From assembly GCA_002269645.1 (NCBI GenBank), contig NIVC01001438.1, positions 120,327 through 184,326 of the forward strand: a stretch of DNA of 64,000 nucleotides, given 5' to 3'. This DNA comes from Macrostomum lignano (lineage: Eukaryota). A program made the position numbers and the translations under genes. Of this stretch, positions 22,003 through 34,426 are shown piece by piece. Under the pieces are notes generated by a model that was given only the letters and a program-made list of their open reading frames with translations, was not told the DNA's origin and did not search any database. Numbering within the stretch: the first letter of the stretch is position 1; each line of letters starts with the position of its first letter.

Positions 22003-23164
22003 TCCGGCCCGCTCAAGGTTTGTCTCTTTTCAGCTCTCTTTTCTTTTTTCTCCTCTCCCCTCCCCTCTTATCTCCCCCGTCTTCTCTCCTCTTCTCTCTA
22101 GATTCTATATTCGGCCCTTAAGTTAAAAAATTCAAATCAAGGACAACGTAACTTCAGTTGTTCTTGATTCAAATTGTCTCTAGGGGGGGGGGGAGAAATT
22201 CTATAATACGGCTCGTAACGTCAATTCCTTCAAATTCTTGCCCATTTTCATTCGCGAAGCCAAACTTCAACTTTCTTAGACTCCCTAGTTTTACGCAAAT
22301 TCTTTTGCAGCTGTAGAAAACACTGGATTTCAGTGCCCGTCTATAGGTTATAGAATTCCAAACCATGCACCTAATTCACGCATAAAAGTCCCTGAGCTTC
22401 CCCACTGGTTTAGCATTATTACTTTAATACCGACTCAGTGGTATTATAGTTATACTACCGCCCCCCCCCACACTCCAAATCCTCCCTTATTCCTGCACTG
22501 TACAGACTGCGCCTGCCTGCCTGCTGACAAAGGCACACGTTTGCTACTTGCTGCCTGCCCGCCTCCTTGCAAAAAAGTCCTTAACTGGGCCTTTCCGGAG
22601 GCAAGCAGACATTGCAATGGCTTAGTAGGAAGAAGAAGGAGGAAGCACTGAAAGACGGACAGACAGAGAAACAAGAGAAAGCTAAAGAAGAGACGCGTAT
22701 TTGCTCAATGCGGCCCAGTGTTCACGTGTAGGAAAGACAATTCTGCAACATGTCTTGTACCTGGCTCGTTCTGTACAAGCACAACTGCTGTAGGCAAAGT
22801 AATGTGAAAGTGGAACAGATAAACACTGGCTAAACCCAGAAGATGTTTAATGGGGTAGAAGCCAATGTAAATAACATATTGTTTGGCCTAGTGTGTCGAG
22901 TTGGATGGGTCAAATGACTCGGAGAGTCCATGTGTGGCATGCTGCGGAAAACATGAGACCCTGAGGAACCGTGTGCCTATGCAGAGGCTGTGTGGGGGAC
23001 AGTAACATGTAGGTTCTAAGGAAGAGTCATGCAAATAATCTGCGAGTTCGGGGGAGATGCGAGACAGACAGTACACGTGAATAGCGAAATGAGTTTTTTT
23101 GCTCAAGTTAAACAGCCAATTTTTGCTTTGCAAGGTTTTGCACGTGCTGTGATAAAAATCCTGA

Positions 23165-24280
23165 TCAGATTGATACCGGTAGGATGTCAGATTGGAGCCG
23201 GTAGGATGTGAGATTGGAGCCGGTAGGATGTCGAATTAGAGCCGGTAGGATGCCAGATTGGAGCCGGTAGGATGTGAGATTGGAGCCGGTAGGATGTCGA
23301 ATTAGAGCCGGTAGGATGCCAGATTGGTACCGGTAGGATGTCAGATTGGAACCGGTAGGATGTCAGATTGGTACTGGTAGGATGTCAGATTGGTACCGGT
23401 AGGATGTCGAATTGGAACCGGTAGGATGTCAGATTGGAACCGGTAGGATGTCAGATTGGTACTGGTAGGATGTCGGATTGGTACTGGTAGGATGTCAGAT
23501 TGGTACTGGTAGGATGTCGGATTGGTACTGGTAGGATGTCGGATTGGTACTGGTAGGATGTCAGATTAGTACTGGTAGGATGTCAGATTGGTACCGGTAG
23601 GATGTCGGATTGGTACTGGTAGGATGTCGGATTGGTACTGGTAGGATGTCAGATTAGTACTGGTAGGATGTCAGATTAGTACCGGTAGGATGTCAGATTA
23701 GTACTGGTAGGATGTCAGATTGGAACCGGTAGGATGTCAGATTGGAACCGGTAGGATGTCAGATTGGTACTGGTAGGATGTCGGATTGGTACTGGTAGGA
23801 TGTCAGATTGGTACCGGTAGGATGTCAGATTGGTACCGGTAGGATGTCGAATTGGAACCGGTAGGATGTCGAATTGGAACCGGTAGGATGTCAGATTGGT
23901 ACCGGTAGGATGTCAGATTGGTACTGGTAGGATGTCGGATTGGTACCGGTAGGATGTCAGATTGGAACCGGTAGGATGTCAGATTGGAACCGGTAGGATG
24001 TCAGATTGGAACCGGTAGGATGTCAGATTGGAACCGGTAGGATGTCGGATTGGTACTGGTAGGATGTCAGATTGGTACTGGTAGGATGTCGGATTGGTAC
24101 TGGTAGGATGTCAGATTGGTACTGGTAGGATGTCAGATTGGTACCGGTAGGATGTCAGATTGGTACTGGTAGGATGTCGGATTGGTACTGGTAGGATGTC
24201 AGATTGGTACTGGTAGGATGTCGGATTGGTACTGGTAGGATGTCAGATTGGAACCAGTAGGATGTCGGATTGGTACTGGT
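23165..24280. repeat. 22-bp minisatellite
   Basis: Unit GATGTCAGATTGGTACCGGTAG. Confidence 0.95.
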
Positions 24281-24714
24281 TGAGCAGGATCTAGTACTGA
24301 CATTGCCAAATGCAGCTAATTGAACTAGCAAACAGGAGAGTAAAATTTATTTCATTTCAGTTTACGAGTTCGATGAGCTGGTGTGTGTGTAGAGTTCGGA
24401 GAAGACAAGAAATATTACTCTCATAATTCCATTCATGACTGAGTGGGCGGGCACAGCAGTGCTGTGGAGTGGGTATTTTTGGAAAGCTGACTTCCCAGCC
24501 AATCCCAGCGGGTATTAGCTGTTGAGTTTGAAAAAACGGAGAGTAGGGAAGAGCGGGTGGCTTGTCTATAAGTAGGCAAACGGGTTCGCAATTCTCCGGT
24601 GAATGAAATTGTTGAGTTTACAACGAGACATTTGTACTGTGCCGTGTTTTATATTTTACTATTTAGTGGGTTACGCTTTTTTCTCGGTGAGTAAACTCGC
24701 TTTCAATATCTCTA

Positions 24715-26752
24715 TAGGGGAGTGCTCTATAGTGAGTGATCTCACAGAGAGTAGTGGAGTGCTCTATAGTGAATTATCTCACAGAGAGTAGTGGAGTGCT
24801 CTATAGTGAGTGATCTCACAGAGAGTGGTGGAGTGCTCTATAGTGAATTATCTCACAGAGAGTAGTGGAGTGCTCTATAGTGAATTATCTCACAGAGAGT
24901 AGTGGAGTGCTCTATAGTGAGTGATCTCACAGAGAGTAGTGGAGTGCTCTATAGTGAATGATCTCACAGAGAGTAGTGGAGTGCTCTATAGTGAGTGATC
25001 TCACAGAGAGTGGTGGAGTGCTCTATAGTGAATTATCTCACAGAGAGTAGTGGAGTGCTCTATAGTGAATTATCTCACAGAGAGTGGTGGAGTGCTCTAT
25101 AGTGAGTGATCTCACAGAGAGTAGTGGAGTGCTCTATAGTGAGTGATCTCACAGAGAGTAGTGGAGTGCTCTATAGTAAGTTATATCACAGAGAGTGGTG
25201 GAGTGCTCTATAGTGAGTGATCTCACAGAGAGTAGTGGAGTGCTCTATAGTGAATTATCTCACAGAGAGTAGTGGAGTGCTCTATAGTGAGTGATCTCAC
25301 AGAGAGTGGTGGAGTGCTCTATAGTGAATTATCTCACAGAGAGTAGTGGAGTGCTCTATAGTGAATTATCTCACAGAGAGTAGTGGAGTGCTCTATAGTG
25401 AATTATCTCACAGAGAGTAGTGGAGTGCTCTATAGTGAATGATCTCACAGAGAGTAGTGGAGTGCTCTATAGTGAGTGATCTCACAGAGAGTGGTGGAGT
25501 GCTCTATAGTGAATTATCTCACAGAGAGTAGTGGAGTGCTCTATAGTGAATTATCTCACAGAGAGTGGTGGAGTGCTCTATAGTGAGTGATCTCACAGAG
25601 AGTAGTGGAGTGCTCTATAGTGAGTGATCTCACAGAGAGTAGTGGAGTGCTCTATAGTGAGTGATCTCACAGAGAGTAGTGGAGTGCTCTATAGTAAGTT
25701 ATATCACAGAGAGTGGTGGAGTGCTCTATAGTGAATTATCTCACAGAGAGTAGCGGAGTGCTCTATAGTGAGTGATCTCACAGAGAGTAGTGGAGTGCTC
25801 TATAGTGAATGATCTCACAGAGAGTAGTGGAGTGCTCTATAGTGAGTGATCTCACAGAGAGTGGTGGAGTGCTCTATAGTGAATTATCTCACAGAGAGTA
25901 GTGGAGTGCTCTATAGTGAATTATCTCACAGAGAGTGGTGGAGTGCTCTATAGTGAGTGATCTCACAGAGAGTAGTGGAGTGCTCTATAGTGAGTGATCT
26001 CACAGAGAGTAGTGGAGTGCTCTATAGTAAGTTATATCACAGAGAGTGGTGGAGTGCTCTATAGTGAGTGATCTCACAGAGAGTAGTGGAGTGCTCTATA
26101 GTGAATTATCTCACAGAGAGTAGTGGAGTGCTCTATAGTGAGTGATCTCACAGAGAGTGGTGGAGTGCTCTATAGTGAATTATCTCACAGAGAGTAGTGG
26201 AGTGCTCTATAGTGAATTATCTCACAGAGAGTAGTGGAGTGCTCTATAGTGAATTATCTCACAGAGAGTAGTGGAGTGCTCTATAGTGAATGATCTCACA
26301 GAGAGTAGTGGAGTGCTCTATAGTGAGTGATCTCACAGAGAGTGGTGGAGTGCTCTATAGTGAATTATCTCACAGAGAGTAGTGGAGTGCTCTATAGTGA
26401 ATTATCTCACAGAGAGTGGTGGAGTGCTCTATAGTGAGTGATCTCACAGAGAGTAGTGGAGTGCTCTATAGTGAGTGATCTCACAGAGAGTAGTGGAGTG
26501 CTCTATAGTGAGTGATCTCACAGAGAGTAGTGGAGTGCTCTATAGTAAGTTATATCACAGAGAGTGGTGGAGTGCTCTATAGTGAGTGATCTCACAGAGA
26601 GTGGTGGAGTGCTCTATAGTGAGTGATCTCACAGAGAGTAGTGGAGTGCTCTATAGTGAGTGATCTCACAGAGAGTGGTGGAGTGCTCTATAGTGAGTGA
26701 TCTCACAGAGAGTGGTGGAGTGCTCTATAGTAAGTTATATCACAGAGAGTGG
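24715..26752. repeat. 37-bp minisatellite with an 851-bp higher-order duplication
   Basis: Unit AGTGGAGTGCTCTATAGTGAGTGATCTCACAGAGAGT; rare variants recur 851 bp apart. Confidence 0.95.
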
Positions 26753-27089
26753 AGTCCTTGTGCAATTCTTAATCCTCTGCTTACCTGGATTTTAGCTGAA
26801 GCGAATGATTGCTACTGCGAAAAATCTAAGCTATATTAATTATTCCCTGTAATTAAGATACAGGCACGCTAAATGAGTAAAGAGAAAGAGAAAATAAAGC
26901 CGCTAGCTTTCAGAGGGCATCCCTCCTGAGACTGTCTCTGCTATTGATTTGAATCAGTTCCCTCCTATTCCGTGGCTGACACGAACTCTATAGAAAGATT
27001 AGAGAAACCTTATTCGATTAAGATTAGGATCCATGATGACTGGTAGCTGAGGTTGGCGCGGATAACATCCCTAGCACCTAAATGATACT

Positions 27090-27300
27090 CCTAGTAACTA
27101 AAAATTACCCCTAGCACCAAATAAAATACCCCTAGCACCTAATAAAATACCCCCAGCACCTAATAAAATACCCCTAGCACCTAATAAAATACCCCTAGCA
27201 CCTAATAAAATACCCCTAGCACCTAATGAAATACCCCTAGCACCTAATAAATTACCCCTAGCACCTAATAAATTACCGCTAGCACCTAATAATACGCCCA
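27090..27300. repeat. 21-bp minisatellite
   Basis: Unit CTAATAAAATACCCCTAGCAC. Confidence 0.9.
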
Positions 27301-27312
27301 GCATAGTCACCG

Positions 27313-27432
27313 TGCAGGCACGCACTCATGCACTCGCTCACACAGGGTGTACAGCAGCCCTGACTTTCTAATCATCAGGCATGTACAGTCTCTGTGCCAT
27401 GGGGGCTGGCCCTCATGGCTGCGAATCGGGCC
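27313..27432 (-). mobile_element. 3' half of a tRNA-derived SINE
   Basis: Aligns by eye with 43701-43820 and with the reverse complement of ~47615-47715. Confidence 0.65.
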
Positions 27433-27470
27433 AGTTGTCAAAATCTCCCGCCGAACCGCCCAGCCTCCAG

Positions 27471-28972
27471 ATGCTCACCGAAGTGTCCGTAGCCGTCAGC
27501 TTCGTCACCTCCTTCCTGTACGGCAAGCTGCCCCGTCGGCGGGTGCTCATGCTTGGCGAGGAGCTGGACAAGGCCATCCAGGCCAAGTTCCGGGGTCACT
27601 GGTACCCGGACCAGCCGCTCAAGGGCACGGCCTACCGCTGCCTGAAGCTGTCCGGCGACAACCCCAACCTGCTGCTGTTCGAGGCGGCGAGGGAGATCGG
27701 GCTAGAGGCTGCTGAGATACTTCAGCACCTGCCGGACAGCCTCACCCTGTGGATTGATCCCGGGGAAGTGTCCTACCGGATCGGGGAGAAGGGTGAGGCC
27801 GGCTGTTCAGCCTGTTTTTGGGGGATCCATTTTTCGGAAATCTTCAATCCTTAAATTAATAAAGTTTATATCATCAAATCCAAAGAAAGATTCCATACCC
27901 AAACTCCAAATCCCTAAGCTCCAAATCCCTAAGCTCCAAATCCCTAAGCTCCAAATCCCTAAGCTCCAAATCCCTAAGCTCCAAATCCCTAAGCTCCAAA
28001 TCCCTAAGCTCCAAATCCCTAAGCTCCAAATCCCTAAGCTCCAAATCCCTAAGCTCCAAATCCCTAAGCTCCAAATCCCTAAGCTCCAAATCCCTAAGCT
28101 CCAAATCCCTAAGCTCCAAATCCCTAAGCTCCAAATCCCTAAGCTTCAAATCCCTAAGCTCCAAATCCCTAAGCTCCAAATCCCTAAGCTCCAAATCCCA
28201 AAACGGACTCCCGCCAGGAGCGGTATCGGTGCTCTACACTGACAAAGGTCACGACGAGTCTCCCAGCGAGTTCAACCCGGAGGCCCAAGACTTCGTCCCA
28301 GCCTCGGAGCAGCTGTTGCTGGCGCAGAACTTCGCCCAGCTGGGGCTCGGTCAGCTGTACAGCTCGCAGCAGCAGCAGCAGCAGGACCTCATCAACTACA
28401 GCCAGTACATGCTGCAGAAGAGCAGCTCGGCGCCCAATTTCTTCACCGCGGCCGCCTTCGCCCAGACCAAATTCGGCAGCACGAAGCTGCGCCAGCAGAC
28501 TCGACGGACGGCCGGCGGTCGATCGAACGGCGGCGGCTTCGGGGATAGCTCCAGTCGTCGGGGTGCCGCTAGTCGAGCTGTCGGTGGCGGCGGTGGCTTC
28601 GGTGCCGTGGCCGGAGCCCCGTTGAACTTCAGCGCGCAGCAGCCACCGATTCAGGCGAGCCTCGGGCGCCACTCAACAGTCGCGGCAGCTTCGACGGCCG
28701 CCTTCAATCGCTCGGTGTCAATGTCGCCGGGAATTGGCTACTCAAGCGTAGACTGGTCGACCGGCCTTGGAGGTCCCGGAGGCAGCGACGTGGGCGGTCA
28801 GAGGCTGTCGGTGCACATCCCGACCGCTGGCGCCAGCTACCACAGCAGCAACGGTTCCAGCCGGCAGACTTCGCCGGGTGCTGCGGCTGCGGCTGCGGCA
28901 GCGGCTGCGGCAGCTGCTTCTGCTGCGTCAGCGTCTGGACGACACACCGAGCAGCTGCTGCTGGCCAATTAG
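27471..28972 (+). CDS. TOB: Tob (BTG/Tob antiproliferative family) protein, 2 exons
   Basis: Exons 27471-27792 and 28218-28972 (phase 1, GT-AG). BTG domain LPRRRV..GEEL...GHWYPDQPLKG..YRCL...LWIDPGEVSYRIGEKG; PAM2-like SEFNPEAQDFVP; Tob motif TKFGSTK. Confidence 0.9.
27895..28200. repeat. 15-bp minisatellite filling the Tob intron
   Basis: Unit CCAAATCCCTAAGCT. Confidence 0.95.
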
Positions 28973-29435
28973 AATGTTTTCTTTGATTAAAATCCACCCA
29001 TGAAACTCGCCTCAAGTTAGTGAACGTTCTTCTTTAGTTGAAAACAAGCCGCCAATTATAGACATAGCACCCCATGACAGGCCTTTCCCAGCTCTTAACC
29101 CAGCAGCCAATCATAGACGCCTTTCTTATCGCAGTTCTACCCCTCTGGTCCCCACCCCACGCCAGGCCTCTCCCAGCTCTTAATCCAGCAGCCAATCGTA
29201 GACGCCTTTCTTATCTCAGTTCTTCCCCCTATCGTTCCTGCCCACCTCACGCCAAGCCTAGTAAAGCCTCCTCCAAGCCCGCAGCCAATCCGAGAAATCA
29301 TAGAGAAAGTTTTCAGGGCCGGCTGCTTAGTTTATTTTAATTGGATGTCATTAAAAATTGTCGTGATTTTTATGACCTACTGCTGCATTCACTTTGGTCG
29401 TTAATTTTCAGTTAAACTATTTATCATTACCGAGT

Positions 29436-29475
<40 letters not shown>

Positions 29476-30279
29476 CCCTGGTTTTCCCTTGGACCATATT
29501 TTCAGTTTTCATACCCATACTGCACTTGCTTTTGCTTTGGTTTACATTTCACTAACCCGATCTTGTTGCGTGTTTTGTGTCCATTGGTGACGGGAAGCAA
29601 AGGGAGTTTATCGTAGATGTTTTTCGTTTTTTCTATTTAAAATAGTTTTTTTAATTTGTGCCTCTTCAGTTTTGTGGTAGCGGCTCAGACCTGTGTTTTT
29701 CCGTCTGTATCTGTAACTTTTGACGCTTAGATCATCCTGAGTTTTGTAAGCAATGTTCCTGAAGCAAGTCTTTGTTTTTTCTACCGCTCTAGACAATAAT
29801 CGCTTTCATTCAATTAGCTAAACTCTGCATAAAAATTGCATTGTCTTTGTTGTTTTTTTTCTACAGACTTTGAGTTTGAAACGGGATGACGATGACATTT
29901 CAGCCAGTCCTCTAAATTCGGAGTCCATTTCCCTGTTTTTTAATAATTAAGGTTTGCAGCTGCAGGAGCCTGCAGATGTTGGACTGCAAGTGGGAATGCT
30001 AATTAAAGCACAACTGTGACCTGAGGTTCGTTTTTTTCACCAATTTTCTAACGTTGTTTGTACCTGTCAGACAATAAATAATACAGTGTTTTCCACTTTT
30101 GTTAAGTGTCGGTTCAAGGCAACCATGTTTTGGCTAAATTGTTTCCGGAATTGTCTTTTTTTAATTACGACTTCTTTAATTTGCTTTGCTTGGCAACACA
30201 AAAACTGCAACTTTGGTTAGTGAAACTGAAGGCCGACATCAATTACGATATCAAAGTACGCTAATAGTTAAAAATTGAA

Positions 30280-30465
30280 CCTCCTGAACCGGCTGAGAGC
30301 TGTGATGATGTTTCCTTCCAGTTGCTTCCAGACTACGCGCAGAGGTTCCTTGTGTTTGGCTCACTTCAACTCACTGTTTGAGCGAATCCGTCAGCGTCCA
30401 GGTCTCGGCGTTGCAAAGCAGGACGGTCTCGGCCACCGCTTTTGCCTTCCAGATGCCGTCCTCTG
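30280..30465 (-). pseudogene. Decayed non-LTR retrotransposon (RTE-like) RT C-terminal fragment
   Basis: AVAETVLLCNAETWTLTDSL resembles the ..LLYG.E.WTLT.. motif downstream of RT in RTE-clade elements; interrupted by a stop and a frameshift. Confidence 0.55.
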
Positions 30466-30667
30466 GCGGTCGGGCAGGGTCTCCAGCATCCTCACAGAAT
30501 GAAAGGCGACCCAGGCAAACCGCGACGATTCCGCAGATCCGCCAGGACGTCGAGAACCAGACCGCCGCCATGGAAGAGCTTCTACGGCAGATCAGAGCCA
30601 CTACTCAATCACAGCACGGTACAAATTGTATACACGCGTCGTACGACCAGTCTACACGAATGTAAAG

Positions 30668-30934
30668 CAGGGGTCGTCAAATTCCGGCCTGCAAAGCCTC
30701 TCTATCCAGCAGTCTCGGCTCCTTTGAAACTTCACAATAGCAATCCGTCCCGCTCAAGGTTTGTGTCTGTTCTCAGCTCTCTTCTCTATTCTCTCTTCTC
30801 TTCTCTCTCCCTCTTCTTTCTTCTCTCATCCTCTTCTCTACACTATTCCCTCTCCATTCCTGTCTCATCTGGCCCGCAGCCATGAGCTAGATTCTTTATC
30901 TGGTCCTTGAGGAAATAAGTTTGCCGACCCCCTG
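30668..30934 (+). mobile_element. hAT (Charlie-like) MITE
   Basis: Ends CAGGGGTCGTCAAATT...AGTTTGCCGACCCCCTG; no recognisable TSD. Confidence 0.75.
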
Positions 30935-32129
30935 CTGCAGTAAAATAACCAAATAGCGGCTATTTATCATCCTGAGGCACTAGTTTATGCTTACTCAATT
31001 TTCGCCAAATCATCGCGAAATGCCAAACTGGCCGGACTTAAAATTGAAATTGAAATCATTGGAGCATTCAGTCGGGAGTTCAATCAGCGTTTCCTATATT
31101 TCCCCGAGGACAATTGTCCAGCCCCGCTGCCACTGCCAATAGTTCCTTGGCTGAGAGCGAGTTGTGTCCACACCGCCCACTGAGTTTAGAGCCCAGCTTA
31201 GCACAGCTGATGACCGGTTCACGTGAGTTGAGACGAAATCTCAAATATACTTCCTAACTCCCGCCTACACGGGCTCCACTCTTGGAGTGGACTCAAAGCT
31301 ATGGGATCGGCTCTGCTGGGTCCTGCCGTGACGCAAATAAATATGCTTTTTTCCTCGGCCTTCCATACTAATATATTGCCTGCTTGCTTGCTGAGACTAG
31401 CTTTGGGAAGGGTGGGACAGGAGAGGAAAGGCTCGAAAAGGGGACTCACACACACACCGGTGGAAGAGCGTCATCTGCTGACAGCTCGGTCAGTCTGCTT
31501 CCTTATCTTTATTTCGTTCTCTCTTCTATGCAGCGACTTGCCGCAAGCTAACAGGTGGAGCGGACGCTAGGCCTGTAGTTGGAAATCAACTGGCGTGCAG
31601 TGCCATGGCCTCAGTCTAGTCCTGCTCTGCAGCGCATCAGCTGTTCACACAACTGCCCCTGTTCGCTTCCCGATTCCATTGACGCTTAACCAGAGTGCGA
31701 GCTTGCGGCCCCGTTCGCGACTTTCCCAGCTGACTCTGAGCTCTCTACGTAGCGCAATAATCGATCTGCATGGACTGCGGAGTTTTTGGAAAGGCTCAAG
31801 CAGACTGATTTTTTGAGTGAATTCGCTCAGGTCTGCAATCGATCTTCTTGGCGTAGGAGAAACCGGGGGGTTGACGGGAAATCTCCCCGGGCCCCTATCA
31901 GCTTTCGTGCGATTCCCGTATTGAATTACACCTTTACACCGATCTGGCGTGCTGAGAAATCTCTGGCCCAGTTTGCATTCTCTCTGACTGATGAGCTGAG
32001 ATCCACCACGTGGACACGACTGCATATCGACTGGTCTGGAGATGCCTGCTCTCTGCGGGAGATTCTATTACATTGTGACCGCCTCCTACGGCATGCATAT
32101 TCATATTAAATATGGATTCTCATCTGTCA

Positions 32130-33270
32130 TAGTGTCTTAGTGTCTAGTGTCTTAGTTAGTGTCTAGTGTCTTAGTGTCTTAGTTAGTGTCTTAGTGTCTC
32201 AGTGCATAAGTGTCTTAGTTAGCGTCTTAGTTAGTGTCTTAGTTAGTGTCTTAGTTAGCGTCTTCGTGTCTTAGTTAGTGTTAGTGTCTTGGTTAGCGTC
32301 TTAGTATCTTGGTTAGTGTCTTAGTATCTTGGTTAGTGTCTTAGTGTCTTGGTTAGTGTCTTAGTATCTTGGTTAGTGTTAGTGTCTTGGTTAGCGTCTT
32401 AGTATCTTGGTTAGTGCCTTAGTATCTTGGTTAGTGTCTTAAGGTTTTGGTTAGTGTCTTAAGGTTTTGGTTAGTATCTTGGTTAGTGTCTTAGTGTCTT
32501 GGTTAGTGTCTTAGTATCTTGGTTAGTGTCTTAGTGTCTTGGTTAGTGTCTTAGTATCTTGGTTAGTGTCTTAGTGTCTTGGTTAGTGTCTTAGTATCTT
32601 GGTTAGTGTTAGTGTCTTGGTTAGCGTCTTAGTATCTTGGTTAGTGCCTTAGTATCTTGGTTAGTGTCTTAGAGTTTTGGTTAGTATCTTGGTTAGTGTC
32701 TTAGTGTCTTGGTTAGTGTCTTAGTATCTTGGTTAGTGTCTTAGTATCTTGGTTAGTGTCTTAAGGTTTTGGTTAGTATCTTGGTTAGTGTCTTAGTGTC
32801 TTGGTTAGTGTCTTAGTATCTTGGTTAGTGTCTTAGTGTCTTGGTTAGTGTCTTAGTATCTTGGTTAGTGTTAGTGTCTTGGTTAGCGTCTTAGTATCTT
32901 GGTTAGTGCCTTAGTATCTTGGTTAGTGTCTTAGAGTTTTGGTTAGTATCTTGGTTAGTGTCTTAGTATCTTGGTTAGTGTCTTAGTATCTTGGTTAGTG
33001 TCTTAGTATCTTGGTTAGTGTCTTAGTATCTTGGTTAGTGTCTTAGTATCTTGGTTAGTGTCTTAGTATCTTGGTTAGTGTCTTAGTGTCTTGGTTAGTG
33101 TCTTAGTGTCTTGGTTAGTGTCTTAGTGTCTTGGTTAGTGTCTTAGTGTCTTGGTTAGTGTCTTAGTGTCTTGGTTAGTGTCTTAGTGTCTTGGTTAGTG
33201 TCTTAGTGTCTTGGTTAGTGTCTTAGTGTCTTGGTTAGTGTCTTAGTGTCTTGGTTAGCGTCTTAGTGTC
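32130..33270. repeat. TTAGTGTCTT-based ~20-bp satellite
   Basis: Unit TTAGTGTCTTAGTATCTTGG and variants. Confidence 0.95.
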
Positions 33271-34064
33271 ATTTGTCTTGCCTGTCTTAGAATAATCATC
33301 AAAAGAGATACGATCAGCTCCAGACTGTAGAATTCAACAAATACAACTCCCAAATTAAAAGCTGGCACACACAATGTATTTCTGCGTCACGTGACTCGAT
33401 GATCACCGAGCTAATATCGCAGTAAATTTTGGTCCGTCCAAGGCTGAACCGGTCAGCGAGTCGAAGACAACAGCCGAATTGCATTGATATCGATTGCTAG
33501 AGATATAGAGAGAGGTAAAAAGTCTACTCTTGCAACAGATGCTTAGTTACATTTCACTGTGCTTCTTACTACTGTCCAATTATGCTGCAAGTAGCGAGTG
33601 GAGATCTTTGCAATGGAAACGGGAGAGAAAGATCTAAATTTTGCAATAATTTGAGTAAAATAGGATTGATGATTTTTATTGTACTTCACTTTACTTGAGT
33701 CTAAAAATACGATGGCGCGTATCCAGACGAGAAGGGAAGTAGGGGAAACGAAAATTCTCTTGGGTTGTCTAAGAATTCCAAAATTGTTTTCAATGGCTTT
33801 AGCACCTTCAATGGGCCTGTCTTAAACCTCTGCCTTTCAGTGGCAACGAAGCTCTATTTAAATCCGTAGAAACGGACAGGTGTAGAGATATGTAAGCGTA
33901 ATAAAAATGACATGAGCTGTGGAAATTATGAGCAACGGGTTTCAGCTAAAAGATGTTTTGCATTGATGAACGAAAATTAATGCAGATTTTTTCAGAATAC
34001 CTTTCGAGAGCCCACGTACTTAAGCTCAAAATATCACGTGACTCTAATTAGTGCAGTAATCTAA

Positions 34065-34280
34065 CCCTAGTCCAGCTAATCACGTGACTTCAATCAGTGA
34101 AGTTGTCTGACCCTAGTTCAGCTAATCACGTGACTTCAATCGTCGAAGTTATCTGACCCTAGTTCAGCTAATCACGTGACTTCAATCAGTGAAGTTGTCT
34201 GACCCTAGTTCAGCTAATCACGTGACTTCAATCGTCGAAGTTATCTGACCCTAGTCCAGCTAATCACGTGACTTCAATCA
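34065..34280. repeat. 46-bp tandem repeat containing CACGTG
   Basis: Unit GACCCTAGTTCAGCTAATCACGTGACTTCAATCAGTGAAGTTGTCT, ~4.5 copies. Confidence 0.9.
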
Positions 34281-34426
34281 TTGAGGTGACGTGACACCCC
34301 AAATGCTTTCGCGTAACGCTAAGAGTAAAATTATAACAAAAAAACTGGCCCTGAATCTGAACTTTTCCACCTAAACCAATTAAAGATCGATTGGCTCATC
34401 TTTTTTAAAGAACTACAAATTCAATT

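Larger units (their letters stand above)
21070..22140 (+). mobile_element. hAT (Charlie-like) MITE interrupted by two foldback insertions
   Basis: After removing the inserts it reads CTGAGGTCGGCTAACTCCGGTCCGCGGGCCGCATGCGGCCC...CTTTGAAACTTCACAATAGCAATCCGGCCCGCTCAAGG..., colinear with 30668-30934. Right end is degenerate. Confidence 0.7.

Noticed and set aside
23165-26752. CRISPR-like appearance of regular repeats
   Set aside because: No unique spacers, eukaryotic context and no cas genes; these are minisatellites.
33512-33517. let-7 6-mer seed match ~900 nt downstream of the Lin28 stop
   Set aside because: A single 6-mer is expected by chance, and the 3' UTR extent is unknown.
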